From Hemiscyllium ocellatum (taxonomy: Eukaryota): a DNA stretch of 64,000 bases. Location of the stretch: positions 76,027,465 to 76,091,464 of the forward strand of contig NC_083420.1 of the NCBI RefSeq assembly GCF_020745735.1. The letters run 5' to 3'. The notes under the pieces are model-generated. The model ran no database searches, was not told where the DNA came from, and worked only from the letters and a program-made list of their open reading frames with translations. Each line of letters opens with the position of its first letter. Positions within the stretch are counted from its first letter, which is position 1. Of the stretch, positions 61,411 to 64,000 are shown in pieces. A program made the position numbers and the translations under genes.

Positions 61411-62619
61411 GTGACACCTGAGCAATACCCAATACTCTGACAGGCGGCTTATTATTTACATCCCCAGGGATTAATGAAGCAATTCAGGGAAATTGCATTG
61501 ATTCTGTATGAGATACAAAACAGGCCTCAGAGGGGAGATTGATGCTCTCCCTATCCCTAGATCAGTCGGCTTAAATTCCTGGATTAGACTGAGTAAGCTT
61601 AAATTCCTGTTCTACCTATTCCACAGGCGTGTCATACATCGCTGAACATTTTAATGTTAAAAAAGGAAAGCCTCTTCAACCAATGGGCTGTTGTCATTTG
61701 GAACGCGCTAATTAGGAATCAGCACTTTGAGTCACCTTTGCTGATTCCCTGTGTGTTATACGGGAGTCAGTAATTTCTATCAGTGTCCACCGTTACAGCT
61801 ACAAAAAGTCCTCTAATATCTCTCCTCAATGGGTCATTCTTCCCTTTTGAATATGGGCAGTGAGCACTCAGTCCTATCTCTTCCTTAGCAACAAATGGCT
61901 ACCATGCTTCCAGCCTGCTGTCAGCAAGAGGTTACACTTGCACTGTCAAAGTGTGGCTATACTGAGAATAACCCTCCCCATTATGACCCAGGCTAAGATT
62001 ACAAGATGCAGCACAAGTCAGTGTTTGTGTCCAGAATTAGATAACCAGGGAGGATGTTCTCCACGGCTGGGGAGCCCAAAACCAGGGCTCACGGTCTACA
62101 GATACTGGCTCGGGCATGTTGGACTGAGATGAGGAAACCTTTCTTCACCCTGACAGTGGTGACTCTTTGGAATTCACTGTCATAGAAATTGATTGAGCCC
62201 AAACGTAATAGTTCTTTTTTCGGGCTAAAGGAATCAAAGCTTACAGAAAGAATGGTGGAACAGGGCACTGAGTTGGACAATCAGCCATTGTCATTTTGAA
62301 CAGCAGCGCATGCTTAAGGGGCTGAATGGCTCACTGTTCCACCCATTTTTGAGACCATTCTGTGGCTTGAAGAGATGTGTTGTGTTCAAAAGCTATTTTG
62401 ATAGGGAAAAAAAAAACAATGTGTTACTGTTTACAACACAGAGTGACGAAACAATTTCAGATGATTGTGAATTGGTCTCCTCAAATTACATTGATCAATG
62501 AGGAAGTTCTGGAAAATTGGGATAAACCGCTGAGTTACCAGCCAGCTGAAAATCGAAGTGACTCGAAAGACTCAGTATAATCACATGGGGAGATATGTGG
62601 AAATAACCTGGGAATTACT

Positions 62620-63920
62620 AACCTAACTACACATAATATTGATTGAGGAAATGCTGTTCCAATCAAACAACATTCTACAGAGTTAACCTTTGGAGGTTAG
62701 CACAGATTCAGAAAGAGACTGAACACATGTTGAAAGACAATATAATCAAAATCAGTCGTATGAATAGAGCTCATCAGTGGTACCAAAGCCAGGTAATATC
62801 CAATGATTATATGTGGACCTATGCAAAATCTATGCATTTACTAAATCTGATACATGTCCTAAATCAAGTTTGGAAGACCATATTGAGAAGATGGGACAAG
62901 CAACTTATATTTCTCAGTACGCCTCACTTAAAGGATGCTGGCAGCTACATTTATTCAAAAAGGTGAAGACAATTTCAGCCTTCGTGACACCAACATGCAC
63001 TGTACCAGTTTACAGTCATGTCATGTGGTATGAAGAATGTGCCAGCTACATTTCAAAGACTAAGCAATGAAGCAATTTCTTCATTACCCAATTGCGTGGT
63101 ACACATTGATGACCTGATTTTTAGTCACACATGGAAGGAGAATTTGCAGAATTTCTCAAAGTTATTCATTCGAATTTGGGAGGCAGGCTTGCTGATAAAC
63201 CTGGCTGACAGCGAATTCAAGGAAACACAAATCACTCTCCTGGGTCATGTTATTGAACATGGCCAGGTGGCCCCATCCACCAAAAGAGCAGTACGACTAC
63301 AAAACAATCTTGATTATCCAAATAAGACGGGTGGGGATAACTAATTGCTCGGATAACTGACTGTTCAGATAACGCATTGCTCAGATAACTGATCTGATTG
63401 CAAACAAAGGACCTTGAGATCTTGTTTGGATAATCTGAAATTTGGATAATTGACATTCGGATAACAGGGGTTGTTCTGCATTTGGTAGTGCTATGAATGG
63501 GTTTTATCAGAAAGTTGTACGGAATCTTAAAAGTGTGGCTGTTTCACTTACTGAATTACTGTAGAAATACAGGAAGTTTCAATGGATGGAAAACTGTCAG
63601 AAGGCATTTGTCAGCCTGAAAGTTGTGTTAATTACTGCCCCAATATTAGCAACACCTAACAACCCAAAGCTATTCAAGGTAGTTATCGATGTAAGTGATC
63701 AAAGTGTCAGTGCTGTACTCTTACAAGAAAACAACAAGCAGATAAAAAGACTTATCAATTTTTTCTCAGGAAGCTAAACATTCATCAACAGGAATATTTG
63801 ACAGTTGAGAAAGAGACCTTGAGTTTGGTATTGGCGTTACAATATTTGCCAGTAATGTATCTGAGACAACCATACATATTGATCATAATCCATTAAAGTT
63901 TTTTGGGGAAATTTAAGAAC
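62620..63920 (+). pseudogene. Ty3/Gypsy LTR-retrotransposon pol relic (RT-RNase H)
   Basis: QIQKETEHMLKDNII; LEDHIEKMGQATYIS..LKGCWQ..ISAFVTP; GMKNVPATFQRL..VVHIDDL (YIDD box); LLGHVI; CQKAF..LK..L..APIL..P...FKVVIDVSD..V.AVLLQ; EKETLSLV. Multiple frameshifts and stops. Confidence 0.85.
63298..63480. mobile_element. Putative Tc1/mariner-type MITE inserted in the Gypsy RT
   Basis: Degenerate 25-bp terminal inverted repeats (tacaaaacaatcttgattatccaaa / ttcggataacaggggttgttctgca, ~17/25) and internal ggataa/gataact repeats. Gypsy-like coding resumes after 63481. Confidence 0.5.
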
Positions 63921-64000
63921 AAACATTGTAGACTGGTTTTCGGGGCATGTCTTCATGAGAAAGTCTCTACATTATTTTACAGGACATTCTGAATCTCCAG

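Overview
Eukaryotic (cartilaginous fish, probably an orectolobiform shark; taxon is inference) immunoglobulin heavy-chain region. The window holds one complete IgM (mu) minilocus on the + strand: TATA promoter, leader (29860-29908), an already-joined in-frame VDJ exon with no RSS (30015-30374), a 10.2-kb J-C intron, Cmu1-Cmu4 with secretory tail (40538-47392) and TM1/TM2 exons (50152-50427). Positions 1-15695 are a ~99.5% identical second copy of 42787-58484 (Cmu2 to the 3' flank) that stops at a 100-N gap, so it is either a recent sister cluster or a falsely duplicated haplotig. The rest is decayed retroelements (CR1-type LINEs, HE1/V-SINEs, Penelope-like elements, a Gypsy pol relic). Most notable: (1) the germline-joined, four-domain IgM with a fixed aromatic CDR3; (2) short Penelope-LTR-derived insertions, mostly fold-back hairpins, carrying minimal hammerhead ribozyme cores and flanked by 14-15-bp target-site duplications; (3) two strand-biased repetitive tracts in the J-C intron that could be primitive switch-like targets; (4) much lower divergence between the two copies over the C-region gene body than over the 3' flank. 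All alignments and counts were done by eye and are approximate.
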